Assembly: GCA_016782605.1 (NCBI GenBank)
Contig: JADHYE010000001.1
Span: forward strand, 78,473 to 142,472
Direction: 5' to 3'
DNA: 64,000 nt
From: Minisyncoccota bacterium
GTDB lineage: Bacteria; Patescibacteriota; Minisyncoccia; Minisyncoccales; RBG-13-42-11
Position 1 is the stretch's first letter; each line of letters begins with the position of its first letter. Positions 7,868 to 16,792 of the stretch are shown here, one piece after another. The position numbers and the translations under genes were made by a program. The notes under the pieces were generated by a model. The model ran no database searches, was not told where the DNA came from, and worked only from the letters and a program-made list of their open reading frames with translations.

Positions 7868-9067
7868 TTATTTAATTACTTTTGTTACCACGCCTGCTCC
7901 CACGGTTCTGCCGCCTTCTCTGATGGCGAATCTCTGCTTTTCTTCCATGGCAATAGGAGTCAATAACTTTGCTTTAAAATTGACTGTGTCTCCCGGCATA
8001 ACCATTTCAGTGCCTTCTGGCAATGTCACTTCTCCTGTCACGTCAGTGGTTTTAAAGTAAAGCTGAGGCTTGTAGCCGGTAAAGAAAGGAGTGTGTCTTC
8101 CGCCTTCTTCCTTTGTTAAAACATAAACTTCCCCTTCAAATTCAGTATGGGGGGTTATTGAACCTGGCTTGGCTAAAACCTGTCCTCTTTCAACATCTTC
8201 TTTCTTTGATCCTCTGAGCAATATGCCGACATTGTCTCCGGCTCTTCCTTCGTCCAGAATCTTGTTAAACATTTCTACGCTAACAGCAATTGTTTTGCTG
8301 GTCGGCTTAATACCAACCAATTCCACTTCATCGTTGGAATGGACAATTCCTCTTTCAATACGACCGGTAGCCACTGTTCCTCTTCCGGCAATTGAGAAAA
8401 CGTCTTCAATAGCCATTAAGAAGGGCTTATCAATTTCTCTGACCGGTTCTGAAATATATTCGTCTATTGCTTTAACCAGCTCTAAAATGGGCTTGGCTGC
8501 TTCATCATCAATAGAATTGGCTGCCAAAGCTTTTAAAGCTGAACCTTTGATTATTGGAGTGGTATCTCCCGGATAACCGTATTTCTTTAAAAGCTCTCTT
8601 AATTCCGATTCAACCAAGCTAATCATTTCCGGATCGTCAACTGCATCGCACTTGTTCAAAAATACGACCATTGCCGGCAATCCTACTTGCCTAGCCAAAA
8701 GAATGTGCTCTCTTGTCTGAGGCATAGGGCCGTCGGGAGCTGAAACAACTAAAACTGCTCCGTCCATCTGGGCAGCTCCGGTAATCATGTTCTTGATGTA
8801 GTCAGCATGTCCCGGACAATCAATCCAGGCATAATGCCTTTTTTCAGATTCAAACTCAACGTGAGTGACGTTGATTGTCAAACCACGAGCCTTTTCCTCT
8901 GGCGCTGAGTCAATCTGGTCTATGGATTTTTCGGTAGCTTTAAAACCGGCCAACTTCTGAATTTTCAGAATAGCGGCGGTTAAAGTGGTTTTGCCATGGT
9001 CAACGTGACCGATGGAACCTATGTTTAGATGGGGTTTTTCCCTTGCGAATTTTTCTTTTTCTGCCAT
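7868..9067 (-). CDS. tuf: Elongation factor Tu
   Basis: [33 protein letters not shown] from the ATG at 9067. The track ORF extends to 9100. Confidence 0.97.
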   Translation of the reverse strand: MAEKEKFAREKPHLNIGSIGHVDHGKTTLTAAILKIQKLAGFKATEKSIDQIDSAPEEKARGLTINVTHVEFESEKRHYAWIDCPGHADYIKNMITGAAQMDGAVLVVSAPDGPMPQTREHILLARQVGLPAMVVFLNKCDAVDDPEMISLVESELRELLKKYGYPGDTTPIIKGSALKALAANSIDDEAAKPILELVKAIDEYISEPVREIDKPFLMAIEDVFSIAGRGTVATGRIERGIVHSNDEVELVGIKPTSKTIAVSVEMFNKILDEGRAGDNVGILLRGSKKEDVERGQVLAKPGSITPHTEFEGEVYVLTKEEGGRHTPFFTGYKPQLYFKTTDVTGEVTLPEGTEMVMPGDTVNFKAKLLTPIAMEEKQRFAIREGGRTVGAGVVTKVIK

Positions 9068-9172
9068 ATTTTTTTTGTGCGATGAAAACTTTGTTTTCAT
9101 CTTTCACCTCGCTCGCCTGAGGCGAGTTCGGCTATTAATTATTATTTATTTATATACTGACCGATATATAAT

Positions 9173-9200
9173 ATTTTATTAAACTTCTAATATTTGTCAA
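9173..9200 (-). promoter_or_regulatory. Candidate sigma-70 promoter for tuf
   Basis: The minus strand reads TTGACA-N16-TAAAAT, located between the fusA stop and the tuf start. Confidence 0.4.
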
Positions 9201-9207
9201 TTGTGGA

Positions 9208-11310
9208 TTATCTTCTTTTGCCCTCAATAATCTCCTGGGCAATATTGCCAGGAACCTCATCATAATGGTCAAATTCCATAGTAAAGGTTCCCCTGCCTTC
9301 AGTCAAGCTACGGATAGCGGTTGCATAGCCGAACATTTCAGACAAAGGTACTTTAGCATCAATTACTTTCATTTGCAATCTGTCTTGTGTTTCTTCGATT
9401 TTGCCTCTTCTGGCTGATAAATCTCCGATAACGTCCCCGAAAAAGTCAGCAGGAATAACCACTTCCAATTTCATAATTGGCTCCAATAATACTGGTTTAG
9501 CTCTTTTGGTTGCTGATTGAAAAGCCATGGAACCGGCAATTTTAAAAGCCATTTCCGACGAATCAACCTCGTGGAACGAGCCGTCAAAAAGCGTAGCAGA
9601 CAAATCAACGATCGGGTAGCCGGCAACCACCCCCTTATCAGCTGCCTCTATCACTCCTTTTTCAACGGCCGGAATGAATTCACGGGGAATAATTCCGCCT
9701 TTTATCTCGTTGATAAATTCAAATCCCGTACCTCTTTCTTTCGGCTCCACTTTCAGAAAAACATGGCCGTACTGTCCCCGGCCTCCTGACTGCCTGACAT
9801 ATTTTCCTTCTGCTTCAGCTTCCATTTTAACGGTTTCTTTGTAAGCAACCTGGGGCCTGCCGATATTCGCTTCTACCTTGAACTCTCTTTTTAATCTGTC
9901 AGTAATAATTTCCAAGTGCAACTCTCCCATGCCGGAAATAATCGTTTCGCTGGTTTCCAAATCTCCCTTAACCCTGAAAGTCGGATCTTCGTCCATCAAT
10001 CTTTTTAAAGCAGTGCCCATTTTTTCCTGGTCAGCTTTTGTTTTCGGCTCAATTCTGATTGAAATAACAGGTTCCGGGAAAACGATCTTTTCAAGAATAA
10101 TAGGACTGTTCTCGTCGCAAAGAGTGTGGCCAGTAGAAGTATTTTTCAAACCGACGGTAGCTGCGATGTCTCCGGTAAAAACTTCCTCCACCTCTTCCCT
10201 TTCATTGGCATGCATTCTTAAAATCCTGCCGATTCTTTCTTTCTCGCCGGTAGTCGTATTTAAAACGTAAGAACCACGCTTTAAAGAACCGGAATAAACT
10301 CTGAAAAATGTCAAAGTGCCGACATAAGGATCATTGGCCACTTTAAAAGCTAAAGCGCAAAAAAGCTTGTCGTCCGAAGCTTCTCTTTCAATAAACTCAC
10401 CGTTTTTTGGATCTGTACCAACGACAGCTGGAAGCTCAGTGGGATTCGGCAGATACTCAACTACTCCATCAAGCATTAGCTGCACTCCTTTGTTTTTTAA
10501 AGCTGAACCGCAAAAAACAGGAATAAGCTTATAATCAATAGTTGCTTTTCTTAAAGTTTTTTTCAGCTCTCCAACGGAAATTTCCTGCTTGGCCAAATAT
10601 TTTTCCAAGAGAGATTCGTCTTCTGCCGCAATTTTCTCAATCAACTTCTCCCTCCATTCTTTAGCTTTTTCTATTAAGTCTGCCGGAAGCTCCTCTTTTT
10701 TAATAGTCTGACCGAAGTCACCCTCAAACCTCAAAACTTTCATTTCCAGCAAATCAATTATTCCTTCAAACTTCGCTTCCTCGCCTATGGGCAATTGAAG
10801 CGCGACAGCGCAAGGAGAAAGCTTTTGCAGAATAGAATTAAAGCTTCCTTCAAAAGAAGCTCCCATCCTGTCTAATTTATTTATAAAGCAAATCCTGGGA
10901 ACGTGGAATTTATCTGCCTGTCGCCAGACAGTTTCAGATTGCGGCTCCACTCCTGCCACGCCGTCAAAAACAACGACTGCTCCGTCCAGAACTCTCAAGG
11001 CTCTCTGGACTTCAACAGTGAAATCAATGTGGCCCGGAGTGTCGATAATATTAATCCTGTATTCGTTTTCCTTTTTTTTCTCTGAATCGAGAGGCGTCCA
11101 AAAACAAGTGGTGGCAGCAGAAGTAATGGTGATTCCCCTTTCCCTTTCCTGAACCATCCAGTCCATGATAGCCTTGCCGTCGTGTACCTCTCCTATCTTA
11201 TGGGAGATGCCGGTGTAAAATAAAACTCGCTCGGTAACAGTTGTTTTACCGGCGTCAATATGCGCGATAATCCCTATATCTCTGTATCTTTCTATCGGAT
11301 ATTGCCTCAT
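9208..11310 (-). CDS. fusA: Elongation factor G
   Basis: 700 aa with [14 protein letters not shown] and DTPGHIDF. Confidence 0.97.
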   Translation of the reverse strand: MRQYPIERYRDIGIIAHIDAGKTTVTERVLFYTGISHKIGEVHDGKAIMDWMVQERERGITITSAATTCFWTPLDSEKKKENEYRINIIDTPGHIDFTVEVQRALRVLDGAVVVFDGVAGVEPQSETVWRQADKFHVPRICFINKLDRMGASFEGSFNSILQKLSPCAVALQLPIGEEAKFEGIIDLLEMKVLRFEGDFGQTIKKEELPADLIEKAKEWREKLIEKIAAEDESLLEKYLAKQEISVGELKKTLRKATIDYKLIPVFCGSALKNKGVQLMLDGVVEYLPNPTELPAVVGTDPKNGEFIEREASDDKLFCALAFKVANDPYVGTLTFFRVYSGSLKRGSYVLNTTTGEKERIGRILRMHANEREEVEEVFTGDIAATVGLKNTSTGHTLCDENSPIILEKIVFPEPVISIRIEPKTKADQEKMGTALKRLMDEDPTFRVKGDLETSETIISGMGELHLEIITDRLKREFKVEANIGRPQVAYKETVKMEAEAEGKYVRQSGGRGQYGHVFLKVEPKERGTGFEFINEIKGGIIPREFIPAVEKGVIEAADKGVVAGYPIVDLSATLFDGSFHEVDSSEMAFKIAGSMAFQSATKRAKPVLLEPIMKLEVVIPADFFGDVIGDLSARRGKIEETQDRLQMKVIDAKVPLSEMFGYATAIRSLTEGRGTFTMEFDHYDEVPGNIAQEIIEGKRR

Positions 11311-11314
11311 AACT

Positions 11315-11782
11315 TTACCAAGAAAAATGAGCGAAAGCCCTGTTGGCCTCTGCCATTCGATGAGTATCTTCTTTCTTTTTAATGGCTGTTCCTTCGTTCT
11401 TTGAAGCTAAAATCAGCTCTTCAGCCAGTTTTTCTCTCATCGGCTTGCCTTTTTTTGACTTGGCTGCCTTAATTATCCATCTCATCGCCAAAGTAACCAT
11501 TCTGTCCCCCCTTACTTCGCGGGGCACCTGATAAGTTGCTCCGCCGACTCTTTTCGGTTTTATCTCCAGTAAAGGAGAAGCGTTTTTTATAGCTGTTTCA
11601 AAAACCTCCAAAGGCTCTTTCTTTGTTTTCTCTTTAATAATATCAAAAGTGCCGTAAATGATTTTTTCGGCTATTGTTTTCTTGCCGTTCCTCATCACCT
11701 GATTGATGAATTTGGCTACGGTTACATTCTCGTAAACGGAATCAGGAACAACAGGTATTCTCTTTTTTTTCTTTCTAGCCAT
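11315..11782 (-). CDS. rpsG: 30S ribosomal protein S7
   Basis: 155 aa ending ...RAFAHFSW, a canonical S7 sequence. Confidence 0.95.
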   Translation of the reverse strand: MARKKKKRIPVVPDSVYENVTVAKFINQVMRNGKKTIAEKIIYGTFDIIKEKTKKEPLEVFETAIKNASPLLEIKPKRVGGATYQVPREVRGDRMVTLAMRWIIKAAKSKKGKPMREKLAEELILASKNEGTAIKKKEDTHRMAEANRAFAHFSW

Positions 11783-11785
11783 ATA

Positions 11786-12199
11786 TTATTTTTCTCTTTT
11801 TTTGCCGTATTTGCTTCTTTGTTTTTTTCTTCCTTCAACTCCAGCCGTATCTAAAACGCCTCTGACTATATGATATCTGACGCCTGGCAAATCTTTAACC
11901 CTGCCCCCTCTCAAGACAACCACTGAGTGCTCTTGCAGATTGTGGCCTTCTCCTGGAATGTAAGCCGTTACTTCCATGCCGTTGGTCAGCCTGACCCTGG
12001 CTACTTTTCTCAAAGCAGAATTTGGTTTCTTGGGAGTGGAAGTAAAAACCTTCAGACAAACTCCCCTTTTAAAAGGAGAATAAAAGTTTTTGGGCCGATT
12101 CTTTAAAACATTAAAACTAAAAGACAAAGCTGGCGACTTGGTGCGCTTTTTGGCTTTCTTCCTTCCTTTTTTAATTAATTGATGAATTGTCGGACACAT
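11786..12199 (-). CDS. rpsL: 30S ribosomal protein S12 (with a ~13-aa internal insertion)
   Basis: [11 protein letters not shown]...[20 protein letters not shown]...[14 protein letters not shown]. There is extra sequence between SPAL and KRGVC compared with my recollection of E. coli S12. Confidence 0.93.
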   Translation of the reverse strand: MCPTIHQLIKKGRKKAKKRTKSPALSFSFNVLKNRPKNFYSPFKRGVCLKVFTSTPKKPNSALRKVARVRLTNGMEVTAYIPGEGHNLQEHSVVVLRGGRVKDLPGVRYHIVRGVLDTAGVEGRKKQRSKYGKKREK

Positions 12200-12224
12200 A
12201 AATTACAATTTATCATAAAGCCAA

Positions 12225-12842
12225 TTAAATTACAAGAGGCTGGCCGGTTACTAGAGAAAAAAGAAAATAAGCTGACTTGAAAATTAAGTTCAATCCGCCA
12301 AAGAAAATGAAGAACAGAAAAACAAAAAGTCCGTATCTTTCAAGAAACCTTCTGATTTCAAGAAGCTTTCCCGGGAAAAAAGAGAACAAAATATGTGAAC
12401 CGTCAAAGGGCGGAACGGGAATAAGATTGAAAACTGCCCAGGCAAAATTATATATAACGATTATACTGAAAAGCATCAAAAGAGGCTGGGACAAAGACAA
12501 AAATCTTATAGCCAATCCGAAAATTACTGCCAGAAGAAAATTGGTTGCCGGGCCAGCGATAGCTACTTTCAATGTTCCCCATCTCTGGTCGCGAAAATTC
12601 AAAGGATTAATCGGCACGGGCTTTGCCCAGCCGATAATCGGTCCCTTGCCCAAAGTGGCAAAAAGCAAAAGCAAAGGAACAAGAATCGTGCCCAAAGGAT
12701 CAATATGCTTTATGGGGTTCAGCGTCAAACGGCCGGCTCTCTTGGCCGTCTCGTCTCCCAAATGTAAAGCAACGCTTCCATGCGCCACTTCATGAATGAC
12801 AATGGAAAAAAATAAAATTAATAAAATAAAAACGATTTCCAT
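12225..12842 (-). CDS. Site-2 protease family (M50) membrane metalloprotease
   Basis: HEVAHG (HExxH) in the first TM helix; polytopic hydrophobic protein of 205 aa. Confidence 0.8.
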   Translation of the reverse strand: MEIVFILLILFFSIVIHEVAHGSVALHLGDETAKRAGRLTLNPIKHIDPLGTILVPLLLLFATLGKGPIIGWAKPVPINPLNFRDQRWGTLKVAIAGPATNFLLAVIFGLAIRFLSLSQPLLMLFSIIVIYNFAWAVFNLIPVPPFDGSHILFSFFPGKLLEIRRFLERYGLFVFLFFIFFGGLNLIFKSAYFLFSLVTGQPLVI

Positions 12843-12862
12843 GCTTTTAATGATAACACAAC

Positions 12863-12891
12863 TTGAAAAAAATAAAAATTTCTGCTAGAAT
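12863..12891 (+). promoter_or_regulatory. Candidate promoter of the rpmB-tRNA-Pro unit
   Basis: TTGAAA-N17-TAGAAT lies about 40 nt upstream of the rpmB ATG. Confidence 0.4.
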
Positions 12892-12933
12892 AAAAAAGTC
12901 GTAGTTTATCATTTCTAAAAAATCATCAAGAAT

Positions 12934-13122
12934 ATGGCAAACGAATGCCCAATCTGCGGTAAAAAAACTCTAATGGTTTGGAGAAGAGTGAAACTCCGAG
13001 GAAGATATAATCCAACAACGAAAACAAGAAAAAAACCAAATCTGCAATGGGTTAAATTGCCTTCGGGCAAAAGGATAAAAGCCTGCACGAAATGCATCAA
13101 GGCAATGGCGAAAAAGAAATAA
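12934..13122 (+). CDS. rpmB: 50S ribosomal protein L28 (Cys4 form)
   Basis: MANECPICGKK...RKKPNLQWVKLPSGKRIKACTKCIKA shows the L28 pattern with CxxC...CxxC. Confidence 0.85.
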   Translation: MANECPICGKKTLMVWRRVKLRGRYNPTTKTRKKPNLQWVKLPSGKRIKACTKCIKAMAKKK

Positions 13123-13124
13123 AA

Positions 13125-13197
13125 CGGGGCATGGTGTAATGGTTAACATACACCCTTGGGGTGGGTGTGAGTCTGGGTTCGATTCCCAGTGTCCCGA
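13125..13197 (+). tRNA. tRNA-Pro (anticodon GGG)
   Basis: Hand-folded cloverleaf. Acceptor CGGGGCA/TGTCCCG, anticodon stem CACCC/GGGTG, loop TTGGGGT, T arm CTGGG-TTCGATT-CCCAG. Position 37 is G. CCA is not encoded. Confidence 0.85.
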
Positions 13198-13208
13198 CCT
13201 CCGAAAAT

Positions 13209-13306
13209 GGTACAGGGTAAAGGTGGGTAATTGCTATTTACCTAAGGGTTTTTACCCCGCATAATCCGAACATGGTGAGGATTTGTGCGGGGCGATTCCC
13301 TGCACC
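13209..13306 (+). ncRNA. Unassigned structured RNA downstream of tRNA-Pro
   Basis: Closing helix GGTACAGGG/CCCTGCACC. Inner hairpin CCCCGCATAATCC...GGATTTGTGCGGGG (13255-13292). Small hairpin GGTAA/TTACC. Followed by a terminator at 13321-13347. GC-rich stems sit in an AT-rich context. Confidence 0.4.
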
Positions 13307-13320
13307 CCTAAAAGTAAACT

Positions 13321-13347
13321 AAAAAACCGCTGAAATGGCGGTTTTTT
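13321..13347. terminator. Bidirectional intrinsic terminator
   Basis: AAAAAACCGC-TGAAAT-GGCGGTTTTTT: the stem is flanked by an A-run and a T-run, so it can serve both convergent RNAs. Confidence 0.7.
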
Positions 13348-13350
13348 AGT

Positions 13351-13479
13351 GGCTCTGTTTTCTAGGAAGTTTTCTCGGAAAAAGTTACAAGTGGGAATCC
13401 TAGTCCGCCGCCACGGCGGCGGAATCATTTCAGACTCCCTTAAAAAACTTTTGTACCAGAACTAACTAGATTCAGAGCC
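13351..13479 (-). ncRNA. Unassigned ~130-nt rod-like small RNA with its own consensus promoter and terminator
   Basis: The 5' GGCUCUG pairs with the 3' CAGAGCC. Further helices are CUAG/CUAG and AAAAGUU/AACUUUU, with an apical GC clamp UCCGCCGCC/GGCGGCGGA (13404-13423). The predicted TSS is 7 nt after the TATAAT hexamer. The terminator follows immediately. Confidence 0.6.
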
Positions 13480-13485
13480 AATTTA

Positions 13486-13515
13486 ATTATACATTTTATG
13501 AAGGAGGAATGTCAA
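13486..13515 (-). promoter_or_regulatory. Near-consensus sigma-70 promoter driving the small RNA
   Basis: The minus strand reads TTGACA (13515-13510), an 18-nt spacer, and TATAAT (13491-13486). Confidence 0.65.
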
Positions 13516-13530
13516 ATGACTTCCGACTGA

Positions 13531-13562
13531 ATAAAATAAAGATGAGGGGTTATTCCCTCATC
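13531..13562 (-). terminator. Intrinsic terminator of the adenylate-kinase-like gene
   Basis: The minus strand reads GAUGAGGG-AAUAA-CCCCUCAUC followed by UUUAUUUUAUU. Confidence 0.6.
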
Positions 13563-13651
13563 GCCCATCCGACCGAGGAAGGATGTCAACGACATCCGAC
13601 TCCCGAGCAACAGCGAAGGGAGTTCGAAGAAACAAGTTTCTTCTATCGCTC

Positions 13652-14713
13652 TCACAAATTTAAAACATCGCTGATTTGCTTTATCAAAGAAACGACAACC
13701 GGCGGCGGAAGCAAGCTGTAAGAGGGTTCTTTGTTATCATCTGGAACAAGCCAAGGCCTTTCTTTAACGATTGCTTTATCTCCTTTCCATTCGTAATAAT
13801 ATTCCGGGGTAATCTCGTAATCGTCAACAGAGCTTTTAGCAGATTTCTTAGGAACAGAATTCCTTAGAAGAATCTTGGGAATACCATAAAGGGAAAAAGC
13901 CTGGTTAATCAGTTTCCCGTCTCTTTTTAATCTGTCTTTGATCGGCTTTATGCCGAAATCATCGCCTTCCTTGCGAACCATTCTCGTTCCCCTACACTTT
14001 GGGTTGTCGCAAAGCAGATAGAATTCTTTTTTCTTTGCCTCATAGCCTATTTTGGAAGTGGGCAATAATTTAAAATTTCTTGAAGTCTGACAATGAGGAC
14101 AAACCATCCTGTATTTTATCCTTTCGTCAATCACCTTTTCCGGTACGTTAATCAAAACAAAAAAGTCGGGGTCCTCACGATAGCCGATTAAATCCCTAAA
14201 AAATAAAGCAAAGTTTATTTGGTCTAAATCCCTGGGAAAGCCGTCAAGAAAAATAGTTTTTTTCTGTCTTTTTCCGATCTCTCTTTTTACCAAAGCTAGT
14301 ATCAATTCTGTCGGCAAAAGGGTTTTTGTACTTCTTTTTTCCAAAAAAGACACCAACTCTTTAGCTGACTGCCAGCCGCGATAATTCTTTTCCAAAAAGG
14401 AAAAAAACTCCTTTTTCTTTTTCGGGTCTTTCAGTTCGTTGTCGACTCCCCGAATTATATCGCCTATCGAAAAATGCTCTATTCTTTCCGGATCAACAAT
14501 CTCAGCGAACATTTTGGAATATGTTCCCTTACCTGAATTTTTCTTGCCGACAAGATAAGCGACGAAAGTATTCCCCTTTCTGAAATATTCCCTTAATTTT
14601 TTAATCTCTTTTCCCACTTTCAATTGGAAGTACTTTTCTCTTTCTTTCGGATTATTCAAATCAAAAGTTGCTTTTACTTTCGGATTTTTAGTTTTAAAAA
14701 TTGGAAATTGCAT
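13652..14713 (-). CDS. Atypical long adenylate kinase family protein (353 aa)
   Basis: P-loop GKKNSGKGT, HFSIGDIIR, FLDGFPRD, and a zinc LID-like segment CPHC...CDNPKC...RKEGDD. Also has N-terminal, internal and C-terminal extra segments. Confidence 0.7.
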   Translation of the reverse strand: MQFPIFKTKNPKVKATFDLNNPKEREKYFQLKVGKEIKKLREYFRKGNTFVAYLVGKKNSGKGTYSKMFAEIVDPERIEHFSIGDIIRGVDNELKDPKKKKEFFSFLEKNYRGWQSAKELVSFLEKRSTKTLLPTELILALVKREIGKRQKKTIFLDGFPRDLDQINFALFFRDLIGYREDPDFFVLINVPEKVIDERIKYRMVCPHCQTSRNFKLLPTSKIGYEAKKKEFYLLCDNPKCRGTRMVRKEGDDFGIKPIKDRLKRDGKLINQAFSLYGIPKILLRNSVPKKSAKSSVDDYEITPEYYYEWKGDKAIVKERPWLVPDDNKEPSYSLLPPPVVVSLIKQISDVLNL

Positions 14714-15572
14714 AATTTTTGCTGTTGGAAATAATTTTAATATCGCCTTGCTCGTCCGTCCTGAATATTCTTATACCATATTTTGTCAAAGTATCCAAAG
14801 TTTCCTGATTGGGATGGCCGTATTTATTGTCCTTACCAACGGAAATTACGGCAACCTCCGGAGAAACTTCCTCAATAAATTCTCGGCTGCTTGATGTTTT
14901 ACTGCCGTGATGGCCGACTTTCAAAATATCGGATTCAATAAAAATACCTTTTCCAACCAGCTGTTTTTCAACCGATTGGAAAGCGTCGCCGGTAAACAAA
15001 AAAGAATTATCTCCGAAAACCAATCTGACGACAATCGAAGTGTTGTCAACTTCTTTAATTTTTTGGTTTTCCAAATTTTCAAAAGGATAGAGAATTTCTA
15101 AAACCACTATACCGGCGATTACCTTTTGTCCGGACTGTGCAATATATACTTTGGTTTCCTTAATCGCTTCCTGCCATTTTTCAAAAATAGATGTTTCCAT
15201 TAAAACGCCTGTCCATAAAACATTTTCCACTTCATAATTTTCCAAAACCTTAATAAAGCCTGACAAGTGGTCATCGTGCGGATGGGTTAAGATAAGCAGA
15301 TCAATCGTTCTGTCCCAGAAAGGCATCTTTTCTCCCAACTTTTCCAAAACAGCTGAGCCCGGCCCTCCGTCAATCAGAATCTGCTGATTACCTGGCATTT
15401 CAATAAATATGGCATCTCCCTGCCCAACATCAAAGAAATTCACTTCCAAAGAACCTTGTCTATTCAAATCAAAAACAGTTAGCCAAGCCAAAATATTAAA
15501 ACAAAATAAAATTATTAAAACCACTAATATTCTGTTTTCTTTGTTCTCGCGCATTTTTCTATAATATCTCAA
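14694..15572 (-). CDS. ComEC/Rec2-type metallo-beta-lactamase domain protein with a single N-terminal TM helix
   Basis: DVGQGDAIFIE, HPHDDHLSG and KVGHHGS motifs. Lacks the polytopic competence domain. Confidence 0.75.
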   Translation of the reverse strand: MRYYRKMRENKENRILVVLIILFCFNILAWLTVFDLNRQGSLEVNFFDVGQGDAIFIEMPGNQQILIDGGPGSAVLEKLGEKMPFWDRTIDLLILTHPHDDHLSGFIKVLENYEVENVLWTGVLMETSIFEKWQEAIKETKVYIAQSGQKVIAGIVVLEILYPFENLENQKIKEVDNTSIVVRLVFGDNSFLFTGDAFQSVEKQLVGKGIFIESDILKVGHHGSKTSSSREFIEEVSPEVAVISVGKDNKYGHPNQETLDTLTKYGIRIFRTDEQGDIKIISNSKNYAISNF

Positions 15573-15647
15573 TAAAACGATAAAACAAAATCCCGTTAAT
15601 CAAAACAGGATTCTGTTCAAGAAATAACGTTATCTCTTGGGAAAAGA

Positions 15648-15803
15648 TTAGGCGTTTCCCATGATTCTGAACATCTTGGTCCCGCATTTGGGGCAAGTGC
15701 CAGTCATGGCTCTTCTTTTTCCCCCGCCCTTTCCTTTCATTGTTACTTCCTTTTCGTTAGATATTTCTTGTTTCTTTTTGCATTTTACACAATAACCTTC
15801 CAT
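15648..15803 (-). CDS. Small zinc-ribbon protein (51 aa, resembles the DUF5679 family from memory)
   Basis: Own translation: MEGYCVKCKKKQEISNEKEVTMKGKGGGKRRAMTGTCPKCGTKMFRIMGNA. It is below the ORF-track size cutoff. Contains CxxC...CxxC. Confidence 0.6.
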   Translation of the reverse strand: MEGYCVKCKKKQEISNEKEVTMKGKGGGKRRAMTGTCPKCGTKMFRIMGNA

Positions 15804-15844
15804 AATGTTGTAAAAAATGTAAATTTTTCAAAACCGACCTTTAT

Positions 15845-15926
15845 CCCGCACCACTTTGCAATAATCTCTTACTCAAAAATCAAAATTATAACTGATGGGT
15901 TTTAAATTACGACAAAGTGGTGCGGG
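15845..15926. repeat. Perfect 14-bp inverted repeat with a 54-nt AT-rich loop
   Basis: CCCGCACCACTTTG (15845-15858) pairs with CAAAGTGGTGCGGG (15913-15926). Located between nrdG and the zinc-ribbon gene. Confidence 0.8.
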
Positions 15927-15988
15927 GTTTATCCACAACTTCATTTAGCTTAATTTAAGCACAATTTTAAGTCAAGCCCCTTAAAAGA

Positions 15989-16690
15989 TTACCCCCTTAC
16001 CTGGCAAACTCCAAAAAAACCAGAAATTTCCTCTTTTATCGCCAAAAGAAAGTCTTGAGAATAAGGTTTTATCTTTTCAAAGTCAGGATCAATGGTTTTT
16101 TCGGGAAGAAAACTCTGCAAGAAGAACTTTTTTGCCGGACCAATCTCCTCAGCAATTTGAATCACGTCTTCTTTTTCATGGAGCGAGGGAACAACCGTCA
16201 TTCTGAACTCATAGTCAAGGCCCGAGTTCTTTATTATTCCAATACTTTCTTTAATATCCTGTAAATTTACCTTGATACCGACTGCTTTATCATATTTTAC
16301 GAAAGATGATTTGATATCCATGGCAATATAATCAAGCAGATTGTCGTCAATAAGCTTTTTTATCATTCCGGGGTTAGAACCGTTAGTATCAAGTTTAATA
16401 AGATAGCCCAGCTTTTTAATTTTTCCGATGAAGTCTATCAGCTCAATATGAATTGTCGGCTCTCCCCCGCAAATTACCACTCCTTCCAAAAGCCCTTTTC
16501 TTTTTTCCAAAAAATCAAAAAAATCTTTTTCTGAAATTCTCGGCTGCAGTTTTATTTTCTCCGGCAAAACCAATTCTGCAGAATAACAGAAAGGACAGCG
16601 GAAATTGCAACCCAAAAGAAAAACAGTGGCCGCAACGCGACCAGGAAAATCAATAAGAGTGGTTTTTTGAAGTCCGCCTATCTCAATCAT
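15989..16690 (-). CDS. nrdG: Anaerobic ribonucleotide reductase activating protein (radical SAM)
   Basis: CNFRCPFCY cluster motif; 233 aa; immediately downstream of nrdD. Confidence 0.9.
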   Translation of the reverse strand: MIEIGGLQKTTLIDFPGRVAATVFLLGCNFRCPFCYSAELVLPEKIKLQPRISEKDFFDFLEKRKGLLEGVVICGGEPTIHIELIDFIGKIKKLGYLIKLDTNGSNPGMIKKLIDDNLLDYIAMDIKSSFVKYDKAVGIKVNLQDIKESIGIIKNSGLDYEFRMTVVPSLHEKEDVIQIAEEIGPAKKFFLQSFLPEKTIDPDFEKIKPYSQDFLLAIKEEISGFFGVCQVRG

Positions 16691-16792
16691 TTATCGAGCT
16701 TCCAAAGGAAGCGAAGATGAAGATGAAATTTTAATTTCATCGACCACCGAGATTTAATTTTATAAAAACGCGAGTAAGTTCAAAGAAGAGAT

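Noticed and set aside
13351-13479. Assignment of the 130-nt RNA as SRP (4.5S) RNA, tmRNA or RNase P RNA.
   Set aside because: It has no GNRA tetraloop flanked by the conserved AGG/AGCA helix-8 loops in the transcribed orientation. A weak resemblance (UAG-UCC...GGA-AUCA) exists only on the opposite strand and with a 6-bp insertion. There is no tRNA-like end or tag ORF, no GAGGAAAGUCC-type P4 sequence, and the RNA is too short for RNase P. It is left unassigned.
13509-13721. A 70-aa plus-strand ORF preceded by AAGGAGG.
   Set aside because: The apparent SD is only 1 nt from the ATG and is simply the complement of the small-RNA promoter region (TTGACATTCCTCCTT). The ORF runs antisense into the 3' end of the kinase-like gene and has no recognisable features.
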